Positions 7,448-15,214 of a DNA stretch of 32,000 bases are shown piece by piece. Origin of the DNA: Nanobdella aerobiophila (GTDB lineage: Archaea > Nanobdellota > Nanobdellia > Nanobdellales > Nanobdellaceae); contig NZ_AP019769.1 in assembly GCF_023169545.1 (NCBI RefSeq), positions 600,001-632,000 of the forward strand, given 5' to 3'. The translations under genes and the position numbers were made by a program. A model generated the notes under the pieces. The model was not told the origin of the DNA, searched no databases, and saw nothing but the letters and a program-made list of their open reading frames with translations. Position 1 is the stretch's first letter; the number at the start of each line of letters is the position of its first letter.

Positions 7448-8247
7448 ATATTATAGAATAAACATTTTTTACATGCATCTTTATAGACCTTTCCAGGATC
7501 CTTTTTCTCTTCTATCATATTATATATCTTATCTTTGGTATATAGTATATTTTCTATTTCTTTTTTATTTGTGAACTCTATTTCTTTTTTATAATTATCT
7601 TTAGCATATAATAAGTATCCTTTATTTATCTTATACTTTGGATACTCATCCTTTAATAATAAGTAATATGCATAAAGCTGAGTGACATGTTCTCTCCTAT
7701 AAAATCCAGATTTTATTTCATAAGGTATCATTTCATCTTTATATATCTCTATTCTATCTACCCTACCAATTATATTATTTTTTAATGATGTAACATCTAT
7801 TTCTGTAACCAATTTTGGTTCTAGATTTTCCCATAATTCTATACCATATAAATCACTCTCCAATATAAAATTATATACATTTTTTGCCCTCTCTTCTATA
7901 TCTTTACTAACATAATTATATGATTTTATCTTTATCTTATTCTTATCCAATTTCAATTTCTGAATTTCTTCATCAAATTCCAATAGAATATCCTCAATTA
8001 ATTTATATGTAAATTGATTATATAAATTTAATATATATTCATAACCTTTATTTTCCTTTATACTATATATTATATCTTTTTCTTTATCATTTATCCTATC
8101 AAATATAGAATGAACAATAGATCCAAAAATCTTCTGTTCTGTACTTTCTTCTTCATAATGCATAACCCTTTTTAAATAAACCTTTCTAGGACAGAAATAA
8201 TAATCAGTAATATCTGTTACTCTAATAAATATATTATTTAATACCAC
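7435..8247 (-). CDS. Cas4-like PD-(D/E)xK nuclease with a 4-Cys cluster (DUF83/RecB-family exonuclease); stand-alone
   Basis: The N-terminal Cys lies in YYFCPRKVYL. Other motifs are GSIVHSIF, GRVDRIEI (D), PYEIKSG (ExK) and QLYAYYLLL (QxxxY). The C-terminal cluster is CKKCLFYNIC (C-x2-C-x5-C). The stop region overlaps the NFACT-R start by 13 nt. Confidence 0.8.
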   Translation of the reverse strand: MVLNNIFIRVTDITDYYFCPRKVYLKRVMHYEEESTEQKIFGSIVHSIFDRINDKEKDIIYSIKENKGYEYILNLYNQFTYKLIEDILLEFDEEIQKLKLDKNKIKIKSYNYVSKDIEERAKNVYNFILESDLYGIELWENLEPKLVTEIDVTSLKNNIIGRVDRIEIYKDEMIPYEIKSGFYRREHVTQLYAYYLLLKDEYPKYKINKGYLLYAKDNYKKEIEFTNKKEIENILYTKDKIYNMIEEKKDPGKVYKDACKKCLFYNICWK

Positions 8248-8315
8248 AATATGATATATTATATTATTTTTATAAATATATAATATTTATAAAGACCTGT
8301 AGAAAATAATATGAA

Positions 8316-8519
8316 ATGGTAAAAATAAAGATAAACAGAGATTTATGTATAGGATCAGCAGCTTGTGTTGCAGCATGTCCAGAAATATTCTATCTAGACA
8401 ATGATGGAAAGGTTGCATTAAAATCGGACAATGTTGATGAAAATAAAGATCCTGAACTAGCAGAAAAAGTAAAAGATGCTGCACAGTCCTGTCCAACAGG
8501 AGTAATATCCTTAGAGTGA
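8316..8519 (+). CDS. Mono-cluster ferredoxin (Pyrococcus Fd-like), paralog 1; Ser at the second ligand position
   Basis: The motif is CIGSAACVAACP ... SCPTGVI, that is C11-x2-S14-x2-C17-x3-C21P plus a distal CP. The numbering is the same as I recall for P. furiosus ferredoxin, which has Asp14 at that position. Confidence 0.85.
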   Translation: MVKIKINRDLCIGSAACVAACPEIFYLDNDGKVALKSDNVDENKDPELAEKVKDAAQSCPTGVISLE

Positions 8520-8710
8520 GAGTTAGAGTAGATAAAAATACATGTATAGGGTGCGGTACATGTATTGCCATAGCTCCAGAAATTTTTGATTTTGATAAAG
8601 ATGGGAAATCAATAAACAAAATAGAGGAGATAGAAGATGAAAAGTTGATAGAAGAAGCCAGAGATTCTAAAATTGCCTGTCCAACAGGATCTATATTTTT
8701 GGATGAGTAA
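8516..8710 (+). CDS. Mono-cluster [4Fe-4S] ferredoxin, paralog 2
   Basis: The motif is CIGCGTC ... ACPTGSI (CxxCxxC...CP). The GTG start overlaps the stop of paralog 1 (GTGA at 8516-8519). Confidence 0.85.
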   Translation: MRVRVDKNTCIGCGTCIAIAPEIFDFDKDGKSINKIEEIEDEKLIEEARDSKIACPTGSIFLDE

Positions 8711-8909
8711 ATATTTTATAGATATAGATTATAATAAATGTATAAATTGTTTAGCATGCTATTTAATAGATAAAGACGATTTTGATATAGTCAATAATAG
8801 AATAAAAATCAAGAACAGGTTCATATCAGATGATAAATCGATAAATAATGTAAAAAAAGCTTCTGAAGCTTGTCCTGTCAATGCTATATATTATGAAGAA
8901 ATTTCTTGA
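8703..8909 (+). CDS. Mono-cluster [4Fe-4S] ferredoxin, paralog 3
   Basis: The motif is CINCLAC ... ACPVNAI. I prefer the in-frame ATG at 8703 (MSKYFIDIDYNKC...), which overlaps the paralog 2 stop by 8 nt, over the track start at 8673. It gives the same spacing from N-terminus to first Cys as the other two paralogs. Confidence 0.8.
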   Translation: MSKYFIDIDYNKCINCLACYLIDKDDFDIVNNRIKIKNRFISDDKSINNVKKASEACPVNAIYYEEIS

Positions 8910-8951
8910 TAAACAAAAAGATTAATAAATAATAAAAAATTTCTATAGATT

Positions 8952-9530
8952 ATGGTATTTTATAATATATTTATAACATTATTAACAAATATTGGATTCT
9001 TTAATATTATAGTTCCTTTTTTACTAGTTTATGCTGTAATGTATGGATTATTATCTAATTATAAAATAATAGGAGATCCATTCAAAGATGATCCTTCTGG
9101 AAAAGCAGTAAGGAGTATAATATCCATGATTGCTGCAGCTACTGGCTTTTTGGTTGTAGGAGCTGCAAATATTGTATTATCCTTAAATCAATTGATTCCA
9201 TATATAGTTTTATTTATATTAACTGTATTCTTCTTACTAATTGCTATATCTCCATTAGTATCAAAAGACGGAAAGATAGACCTAGATAAGAATACTAAAA
9301 GATTATTAGTTATAATAGCTGTTATAATATTTTCTATAGTATTAATATTTTCACTAGGACTCGTAAATTATTTAATGTCTATAGGAAAAGCAATTAGTAA
9401 CAACTCATTACCACCAGAGATAATAAACTTTATAGAAACAATAGTAATATTATTAATAATGTTTGGAATTGTATTCTTTACAATAAGAACTCCAAAGGCA
9501 AAAGAAGAAAAGAAGGATAATAGTAAATAA
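8952..9530 (+). CDS. Uncharacterized polytopic membrane protein, paralog 1 of 3
   Basis: It opens with IGFFNIIVPFLLVYAVMYGLL, has about 4-5 TM segments, and ends in a Lys/Glu tail, RTPKAKEEKKDNSK. It shares this architecture with the next two ORFs. Confidence 0.7.
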   Translation: MVFYNIFITLLTNIGFFNIIVPFLLVYAVMYGLLSNYKIIGDPFKDDPSGKAVRSIISMIAAATGFLVVGAANIVLSLNQLIPYIVLFILTVFFLLIAISPLVSKDGKIDLDKNTKRLLVIIAVIIFSIVLIFSLGLVNYLMSIGKAISNNSLPPEIINFIETIVILLIMFGIVFFTIRTPKAKEEKKDNSK

Positions 9531-10099
9531 TGATAGACTTTACTTCTTTGTTGAGTCAATATGGGATTTTCGATGTTATATTACCTTTTTTATTAATATT
9601 TTCCATAGTATTTATGGTTTTAGAATTAGCTGGACTATTAAAAACAGGTCCGGATGATGAAGTTGGTAGGAGACTAAATGCCTTATTTGCATTATCATTT
9701 GCACTACTATCTATAGGAAATCAAAACCTAATACAATGGTTATTATCTTTTATTCCAAATGCATCTGTTGCAGTATTGGGTTTTTTCCTATTGGCAATGG
9801 TAATAAGTATAAGTAATAAAAAGGTTCCAGGCTTCTTTAGGGCAATACTAGGACTTTTGGTGATAGGAATAATACTCTGGCTAGCATTGAATGCGCTGGA
9901 ACTTACTCCAAATGCAGGAGGAAGCTCTATTTCAGGAGCTCTAAATTATATAATATCCTACTTAATTAATTCAGGATTATTAGCAATATTAATAATATTT
10001 GTTTTATTAGGAATAACTATATTTTGGTTAGTATCTCCAAGTAAAAAGGAAGATAAAAAAGAAGAAGGTACACAGGTAATTCCATTATTGAGTAAATAA
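9530..10099 (+). CDS. Uncharacterized polytopic membrane protein, paralog 2 of 3
   Basis: It opens with YGIFDVILPFLLIFSIVFMVL. The late motif is YLINSGLLAILIIFVLLGITIFWLVSPSKKEDKKEE. There is a 1-nt start/stop overlap (TAATG) with paralog 1. Confidence 0.7.
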   Translation: MIDFTSLLSQYGIFDVILPFLLIFSIVFMVLELAGLLKTGPDDEVGRRLNALFALSFALLSIGNQNLIQWLLSFIPNASVAVLGFFLLAMVISISNKKVPGFFRAILGLLVIGIILWLALNALELTPNAGGSSISGALNYIISYLINSGLLAILIIFVLLGITIFWLVSPSKKEDKKEEGTQVIPLLSK

Positions 10100-10100
10100 A

Positions 10101-10763
10101 ATGGATCTAGGATCATATATATATTTATTATTCTCAGAATATGGAATATTTACAATAGTAGCTCCTTTCTTATTAATATTTTCATTATTATATGGACTAT
10201 TAAGGAAAACAGGCCTATTTGGTAAAGACAATCCAAATAAGGAGAGATTATATGCAATAATATCTATAGCCTTATCTTTTTATTATTTATATAATTTAGG
10301 CGCAGTAATATTTACTCAAGACTTTATATCATTCTTCTTCTTTGAATTCTTAGTATTGTTCTTTATATTGATGATTATTGGTTTACTAGCCTCAATATCA
10401 CAAGGTTTTCAACCTAAAGAGGAAGAAAAAGGATTATATAATAAATACAAAAACTCTGCATATAATTCTTTGGTTGGTATACTAGGACTATTGGTATTAT
10501 TTGCATTTATGTATGCATCATCATTCTCATTTACATCATTCGGTGCAGGAGCATCAAATATACTGTACTCCATATTTTCATTCTTAATAAATACAGGACT
10601 ATTACCATTAATAATTATATTTGGAGTTTTATTTGGAATAATTGGTTGGTTAGTAAGGACTCCAAATAAAAGTCCCAATAAGAGAAAGATTAATCCAAAA
10701 TTATTATTGATATCTGCTGGTGAAGCTCCTTATCAATTTTTTGATGAAGTATCAAAAAAATAA
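10101..10763 (+). CDS. Uncharacterized polytopic membrane protein, paralog 3 of 3
   Basis: It opens with YGIFTIVAPFLLIFSLLYGLL. The late motif is FLINTGLLPLIIIFGVLFGIIGWLVRTPNKSPNKRK. It starts 1 nt after the paralog 2 stop. Confidence 0.7.
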   Translation: MDLGSYIYLLFSEYGIFTIVAPFLLIFSLLYGLLRKTGLFGKDNPNKERLYAIISIALSFYYLYNLGAVIFTQDFISFFFFEFLVLFFILMIIGLLASISQGFQPKEEEKGLYNKYKNSAYNSLVGILGLLVLFAFMYASSFSFTSFGAGASNILYSIFSFLINTGLLPLIIIFGVLFGIIGWLVRTPNKSPNKRKINPKLLLISAGEAPYQFFDEVSKK

Positions 10764-10792
10764 AATAAAAATTTTAATTATATATTAATTTT

Positions 10793-11896
10793 ATGGTAAA
10801 GTTTATAACTGGAGATCATGAAATAAAAAATATTGTAGGAGATATATACAGAGGAGAAGATATCATAATAACAGATAAAAAAGGAAAATATCTAGGTATA
10901 TTATCAAATGAGAAAGCATTAAGATATTTAAATAAACCAAATACAAAAATAGATAAATTAATTATAAAAATAAAACCAATAGACGGGGATATTACATATA
11001 TAATAGAGAAGATGATAGGATCAAATACAAGATTGATACCAGTAAAAAAAGGTGATAAAATAGAAATTATGAACATTTTTGATTTATTAAATAATATATA
11101 TAATGATAAAAACACATTAAGGAATATAAAAATAGAAGATATAAAAAATAATGCTTATACAATATATGAGAATGACAATATAAATAAAGCAATAAACATA
11201 ATGAAAGAAAATGGTATTTCTAGATTAATAGTTATAAATAATGAAAATAAACCTGTAGGTATTCTAACCATATCTGATATATTAAGAAAATTGTTAATAC
11301 AAAATAATGAAGAAATAAGGGTACCTAAAGATGAAGACTTCGATATAAAGATAAAATCCATAATAAAAAATAACCTAATATTTGCAAGCAAAAAAGATAG
11401 TATAGAAAATATTATAGAATTATTAGTAAAAAATAAAATATTTTCAGTACCTATATTGGATGAAAAAAATAATTTATATGGTATAGTAACAGCAAAAGAT
11501 ATATTAATAGCATACTTACAAAATAAAAAAGAAAAAAAATATAATATAGTAATAAGTGGTATAGATTTGGATGAAATAGATCAAAAATATATAAAAAATG
11601 AATATGAAAGGTTTAATAAAAAATACAGTAATATACTAGGAAATATAAAAATAATAATACATGTAAAAAAGATTAATGAAAATATAAAAGATAAAAAAAT
11701 ATTCTATAGTATAAAAGCAAGATTAATTTCTGATAAGTTAAGATTTTATGTACAAAATAATGGATATGATTTCTATTCAACAATAAATGATATATTTCAT
11801 ATATTATCAAATGAAGCAGAAAAATATAAACATAAAGATGAAAGAGAATATCTACTGCAAAGAATGTTTAAGGATGATATAATAAGATATATATAA
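10793..11896 (+). CDS. Four-CBS-domain (two Bateman modules) protein with a C-terminal HPF/RaiA (ribosomal S30AE)-like domain
   Basis: The CBS-like units end in GILSNEKALRYL, IEIMNIFDLLNNI, VGILTISDILRKLL and YGIVTAKDILIAYL. C-terminal residues about 250-350 (YNIVISGIDLDEIDQKYIKNEYERFNKKYSNILGNIKIIIHVKK...YSIKARLISDKLRFYVQNNGYDFYSTINDIFHILSNEAEKYKHKD) align by eye with E. coli HPF (MQLNITGNNVEITEALREFVTAKFAKLEQYFDRINQVYVVLKVEK...DMYAAIDGLIDKLARQLTKHKDK). Confidence 0.7.
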   Translation: MVKFITGDHEIKNIVGDIYRGEDIIITDKKGKYLGILSNEKALRYLNKPNTKIDKLIIKIKPIDGDITYIIEKMIGSNTRLIPVKKGDKIEIMNIFDLLNNIYNDKNTLRNIKIEDIKNNAYTIYENDNINKAINIMKENGISRLIVINNENKPVGILTISDILRKLLIQNNEEIRVPKDEDFDIKIKSIIKNNLIFASKKDSIENIIELLVKNKIFSVPILDEKNNLYGIVTAKDILIAYLQNKKEKKYNIVISGIDLDEIDQKYIKNEYERFNKKYSNILGNIKIIIHVKKINENIKDKKIFYSIKARLISDKLRFYVQNNGYDFYSTINDIFHILSNEAEKYKHKDEREYLLQRMFKDDIIRYI

Positions 11897-11897
11897 A

Positions 11898-12500
11898 ATG
11901 ATATTATTACCCGGAGATAAGTTAAATAATAAAAATATATATAGTTATGATATAAATGATGAGTTTTTTTCTAAATATATATTATTATCAAATGATAATA
12001 TAAAGTATAATAAAATATTTGGATATTATATACCAAAAATAGGAGATGTAGTTATATCAAAAGTAATAGATGTGTTAAGCAATGGATGGTTGCTAGATAT
12101 AAATTCTCCATACCTAGGATTCCTACAATTAAAAAATGTTGTACAAAAGGATATAGACCATAATAAAATATATACATATGGAGATTATATATTAACAGAA
12201 ATTACAAAGATAACTAAAAACATGATGATTAATTTAAACTTAAAAAATAGGAAAAAACTAAATAATGGATTAATTATAAGTATAGATCCGATAAAATTAC
12301 CAAGACTAATAGGTAAAAACTCTTCAATGATAAATATGATAAAGGAAAAATTAAATATAAAAATTATAACCGGAAAAAATGGTAGATTATACTTATCGGG
12401 TGATTATGCAAACATAATAAAAGCTTATAATGTAATTAAATTTATTATGAAAAATTCATATAAAAAAGGCCTAACAGAAAAGATAAATGAAATTATATAA
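11898..12500 (+). CDS. rrp4: Exosome RNA-binding subunit Rrp4 (S1 + KH domains)
   Basis: The S1 segment is PKIGDVVISKVIDVLSNGWLLDINSPYLGFL. The KH segment is LPRLIGKNSSMINMIKEKLNIKIITGKNGRLYLSG. It lies immediately upstream of, and overlaps, rrp41, as in archaeal exosome operons. Confidence 0.8.
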   Translation: MILLPGDKLNNKNIYSYDINDEFFSKYILLSNDNIKYNKIFGYYIPKIGDVVISKVIDVLSNGWLLDINSPYLGFLQLKNVVQKDIDHNKIYTYGDYILTEITKITKNMMINLNLKNRKKLNNGLIISIDPIKLPRLIGKNSSMINMIKEKLNIKIITGKNGRLYLSGDYANIIKAYNVIKFIMKNSYKKGLTEKINEII

Positions 12501-13249
12501 TGTCAAGGTTTGACGGAAGAAAAGAAGATGAATTAAGAAATATATATATAGAATTAAATCCGATAGAAAATGCAAAAGGTTCTGCAATATTTGCTTTTGG
12601 AGAAACAAGAGTATTGGCTGCCGTGTATGGTCCTAGAGGGTCTAAAATGTCAAAAGATTATGATAGAGCATTTTTAAGAGTAAAATATAATATGATTACA
12701 TTTTCTGTACCTGAAAGAAAAAAACCAACTCCAGGTAGAAGAGAAATAGAAGTATCTGAAGTTATTAAAAGAGCAATAGAACCTGCATTATTATTAGAAG
12801 AATTACCAGGAAGCATAATAGATGTATATATAGAAGTATTAAATGCAAATGCTGGTACTAGAACTGCGAGTATTAATGCAGTATCATTAGCTTTATCTTT
12901 AGCAGGTATACCAATGAGAGATTTGGTTAGTTCAGTTGCTGTAGGAAAGGTTGGACAAAAAATATTAGTTGATCTAAATAAAGATGAAGAAGACTATAAT
13001 TCGGAAAAATTAAAGGATATAGAAGAAAAAAGGAAATTTATAGAATTTTATGGAGAAGGAAGAGCTACAGATATACCAATAGCATATTTACCATACAAAA
13101 ATGAAATTTCGTTAATCCAATTAGATGGTGAAATAAATAATAATGAATTAAAAGATGCAATAAATCTAGGAATTAAGTCTTGCAAAAATATAAAAAACCT
13201 CATGAAAGACAAGATATTAGAATACTTTTCCGATACCAACATAAGGTAA
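12500..13249 (+). CDS. rrp41: Exosome RNase PH subunit Rrp41
   Basis: RNase PH motifs are present: RFDGRKEDELR, GSAIFAFGETRVLAAVYGPR, NAGTRTASINAVSLALSLAGIPMRDLV and LIQLDGE. Confidence 0.9.
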   Translation: MSRFDGRKEDELRNIYIELNPIENAKGSAIFAFGETRVLAAVYGPRGSKMSKDYDRAFLRVKYNMITFSVPERKKPTPGRREIEVSEVIKRAIEPALLLEELPGSIIDVYIEVLNANAGTRTASINAVSLALSLAGIPMRDLVSSVAVGKVGQKILVDLNKDEEDYNSEKLKDIEEKRKFIEFYGEGRATDIPIAYLPYKNEISLIQLDGEINNNELKDAINLGIKSCKNIKNLMKDKILEYFSDTNIR

Positions 13250-13283
13250 TAAATTTATAAATTATAAAATATTTTATTGATTT

Positions 13284-14615
13284 ATGGATAATAAAAAAAT
13301 AATATTATCTTTATCTTCTATAATAGGATCAAAGTTTATTTTTTCTCAAGGATCTAATAATATATATACTAGTGTAATTAGCACTAGTTCAATATATAAT
13401 GCTGCACAAGAAGCAGCAGGCGGTATCGCATATACTTTAGCAAATTTATTTCCACCAATTTATATAACAGCTGCACAAGAAATGAATATATATTCTTCAA
13501 ATCCTTATATAGGCGCAATAATTGCTGCATCTATGCTATTTCTATTATTTTTTACTATATATTTAGTTACATTAAAAATTATGTTCAGCAGAATATTAGA
13601 TAACTTTGGAAAGGAATTGAGCAATGAAGGTATAATATCAAGGGGACCTTATGTAATAGCGGCAATATTTTCATTTTTCAGTATATATCTTATAGGTCCC
13701 ATATTACTAACATTGTTCGTAGAAATAGGAATTATTGACATGATCTTTGTTATATTAATTATAGCTGTAATAGCAATACTTGGATTTAAAATATTGTATC
13801 ATGGTGGCTTAAAGGATGCGGGGGCATCTATAAAAAGTATAGGAAGTAAATTAAAAAGTATAAATAAAATACCAGAGAAATTTTATAATTATAATGATAA
13901 AAGGACTGTTATCAATTTAGGAAAAAAAATAGATCTAAAATCCTTAGATCTAGATATACAAAGGCTTATAGTATCTGTATTAAATGAGATAATTAAAAAT
14001 CTTGAAGATTTAAGTAAAGAAATGTCAAAAGTAGAAAAACAAGAAATTATTAAAAAAAATTTATCTGGGATAAAACCAGAAATTATTAAAAGAGATTTAT
14101 CTGGGATAAAACAAGGAACTGGAAAAGAAAAAGCTAATATTATAAAACAAATACGTGATAAATCGATGCCAAAAAGAAACACTCAAGAAATTATTGGACA
14201 ATATTATAACAGATTAAAAGAATATATAAGGCAGTTATCCCAGGTAAAACAAGGCATTGAAAAAGAAAATGCCGATAATATAAAAGCAATGTATAATAAA
14301 TTAGTATCATTAGGATATTTCAATACATTAGGTATATTAAAAAATATGAAAAATGAATTAAGATCATATAATAATATAATTAATAAGATAGATGAAATAA
14401 TAAATAATATAGAAAAGCTCAAAGAAGAACTTAACAAAAATTTAAATATAAATGATCTTAAAAGTGGATATGAAAAAATTAGCAAGATAAAGAATAGAAG
14501 AGATCTCCAAGGACAAAATAATGATAAAATAATTGCTAAAATAAGCGCTTTATCTGAAAAAATAGGAGAACTAGCTAAGATTAAGAGTCAATTAGAAAAT
14601 ATAATAGGTCAATAA
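13284..14615 (+). CDS. Hypothetical membrane-anchored coiled-coil protein
   Basis: The N-terminal third has several TM segments (for example IGAIIAASMLFLLFFTIYLV and IIDMIFVILIIAVIAILGF). The C-terminal roughly 250 aa is Lys/Glu/Ile-rich heptad-like sequence with an internal 12-aa tandem repeat. I recognise no family. Confidence 0.55.
   Translation: MDNKKIILSLSSIIGSKFIFSQGSNNIYTSVISTSSIYNAAQEAAGGIAYTLANLFPPIYITAAQEMNIYSSNPYIGAIIAASMLFLLFFTIYLVTLKIMFSRILDNFGKELSNEGIISRGPYVIAAIFSFFSIYLIGPILLTLFVEIGIIDMIFVILIIAVIAILGFKILYHGGLKDAGASIKSIGSKLKSINKIPEKFYNYNDKRTVINLGKKIDLKSLDLDIQRLIVSVLNEIIKNLEDLSKEMSKVEKQEIIKKNLSGIKPEIIKRDLSGIKQGTGKEKANIIKQIRDKSMPKRNTQEIIGQYYNRLKEYIRQLSQVKQGIEKENADNIKAMYNKLVSLGYFNTLGILKNMKNELRSYNNIINKIDEIINNIEKLKEELNKNLNINDLKSGYEKISKIKNRRDLQGQNNDKIIAKISALSEKIGELAKIKSQLENIIGQ
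14043..14114 (+). repeat. 36-bp in-frame tandem repeat (2 copies) inside the coiled-coil ORF
   Basis: gaaattattaaaaaaaatttatctgggataaaacca (14043-14078) is followed by gaaattattaaaagagatttatctgggataaaacaa (14079-14114). They encode EIIKKNLSGIKP/EIIKRDLSGIKQ. Confidence 0.85.
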
Positions 14616-14638
14616 ATAATATATTTTAATTTCTTTTA

Positions 14639-15214
14639 ATGATTAAAAATAATATAAAAAAAGAAATAGAAAATAATATTGAAAAATATAAAAAAGATAT
14701 TGAAAAATTATATAAAGGAAATATTATTATAAAAGGAGGAATAGAAAATCTACCAGATAGAGCACAAATATTAAAGAAATTAATAAAAAATGGATCTAAA
14801 AATGGTCCTAATACTATCTATGAAGCAATAGAAAAGAAAAAAGAAAAGATTATAGAGGTTGTAAAAATATTAAAAGAAATAAAAAAGGAAAAAGACGATA
14901 TTAAACCCGATTATAAACCATACTATATTAAATATTTTAAAGAAAATATAGAACCTATAATTACTGATATATTAAGCTCAATAGACGAATACAATAAAAT
15001 TATGTCAAATAATATTACGGTTTTTCAAAAAACTGGAATACTAGACCATGTATATAAAGATTCTAACCTTAAAATAAAAGGTGAGAAAATAAACAATCAA
15101 AATATATATAAGATACCACAATTTTTTCAAAAACAACTAGAGGATATAATTAAATTAAGAAATGAATTAATTCAAATATTTAACGAGATAAAATCTACAA
15201 GAGGCTATATATGA
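14639..15214 (+). CDS. Hypothetical Lys-rich coiled-coil protein
   Basis: This is a long ORF in a consistent frame with a charged helical composition. I recognise no motif. Its stop abuts the stop of the convergent helicase gene with 0 nt between them. Confidence 0.5.
   Translation: MIKNNIKKEIENNIEKYKKDIEKLYKGNIIIKGGIENLPDRAQILKKLIKNGSKNGPNTIYEAIEKKKEKIIEVVKILKEIKKEKDDIKPDYKPYYIKYFKENIEPIITDILSSIDEYNKIMSNNITVFQKTGILDHVYKDSNLKIKGEKINNQNIYKIPQFFQKQLEDIIKLRNELIQIFNEIKSTRGYI

Noticed and set aside
7435-8315. CRISPR-Cas locus implied by the Cas4-like gene
   Set aside because: No direct repeats with regular spacers and no other cas genes occur anywhere in the 32 kb. Stand-alone Cas4/DUF83 nucleases are common in archaea.
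8673-8702. Longer start (8673) for the third ferredoxin, as in the ORF track
   Set aside because: The extra 10 residues (MPVQQDLYFW) overlap the conserved C-terminus of ferredoxin 2 in another frame. The ATG at 8703 gives the same spacing from N-terminus to first Cys as the paralogs.
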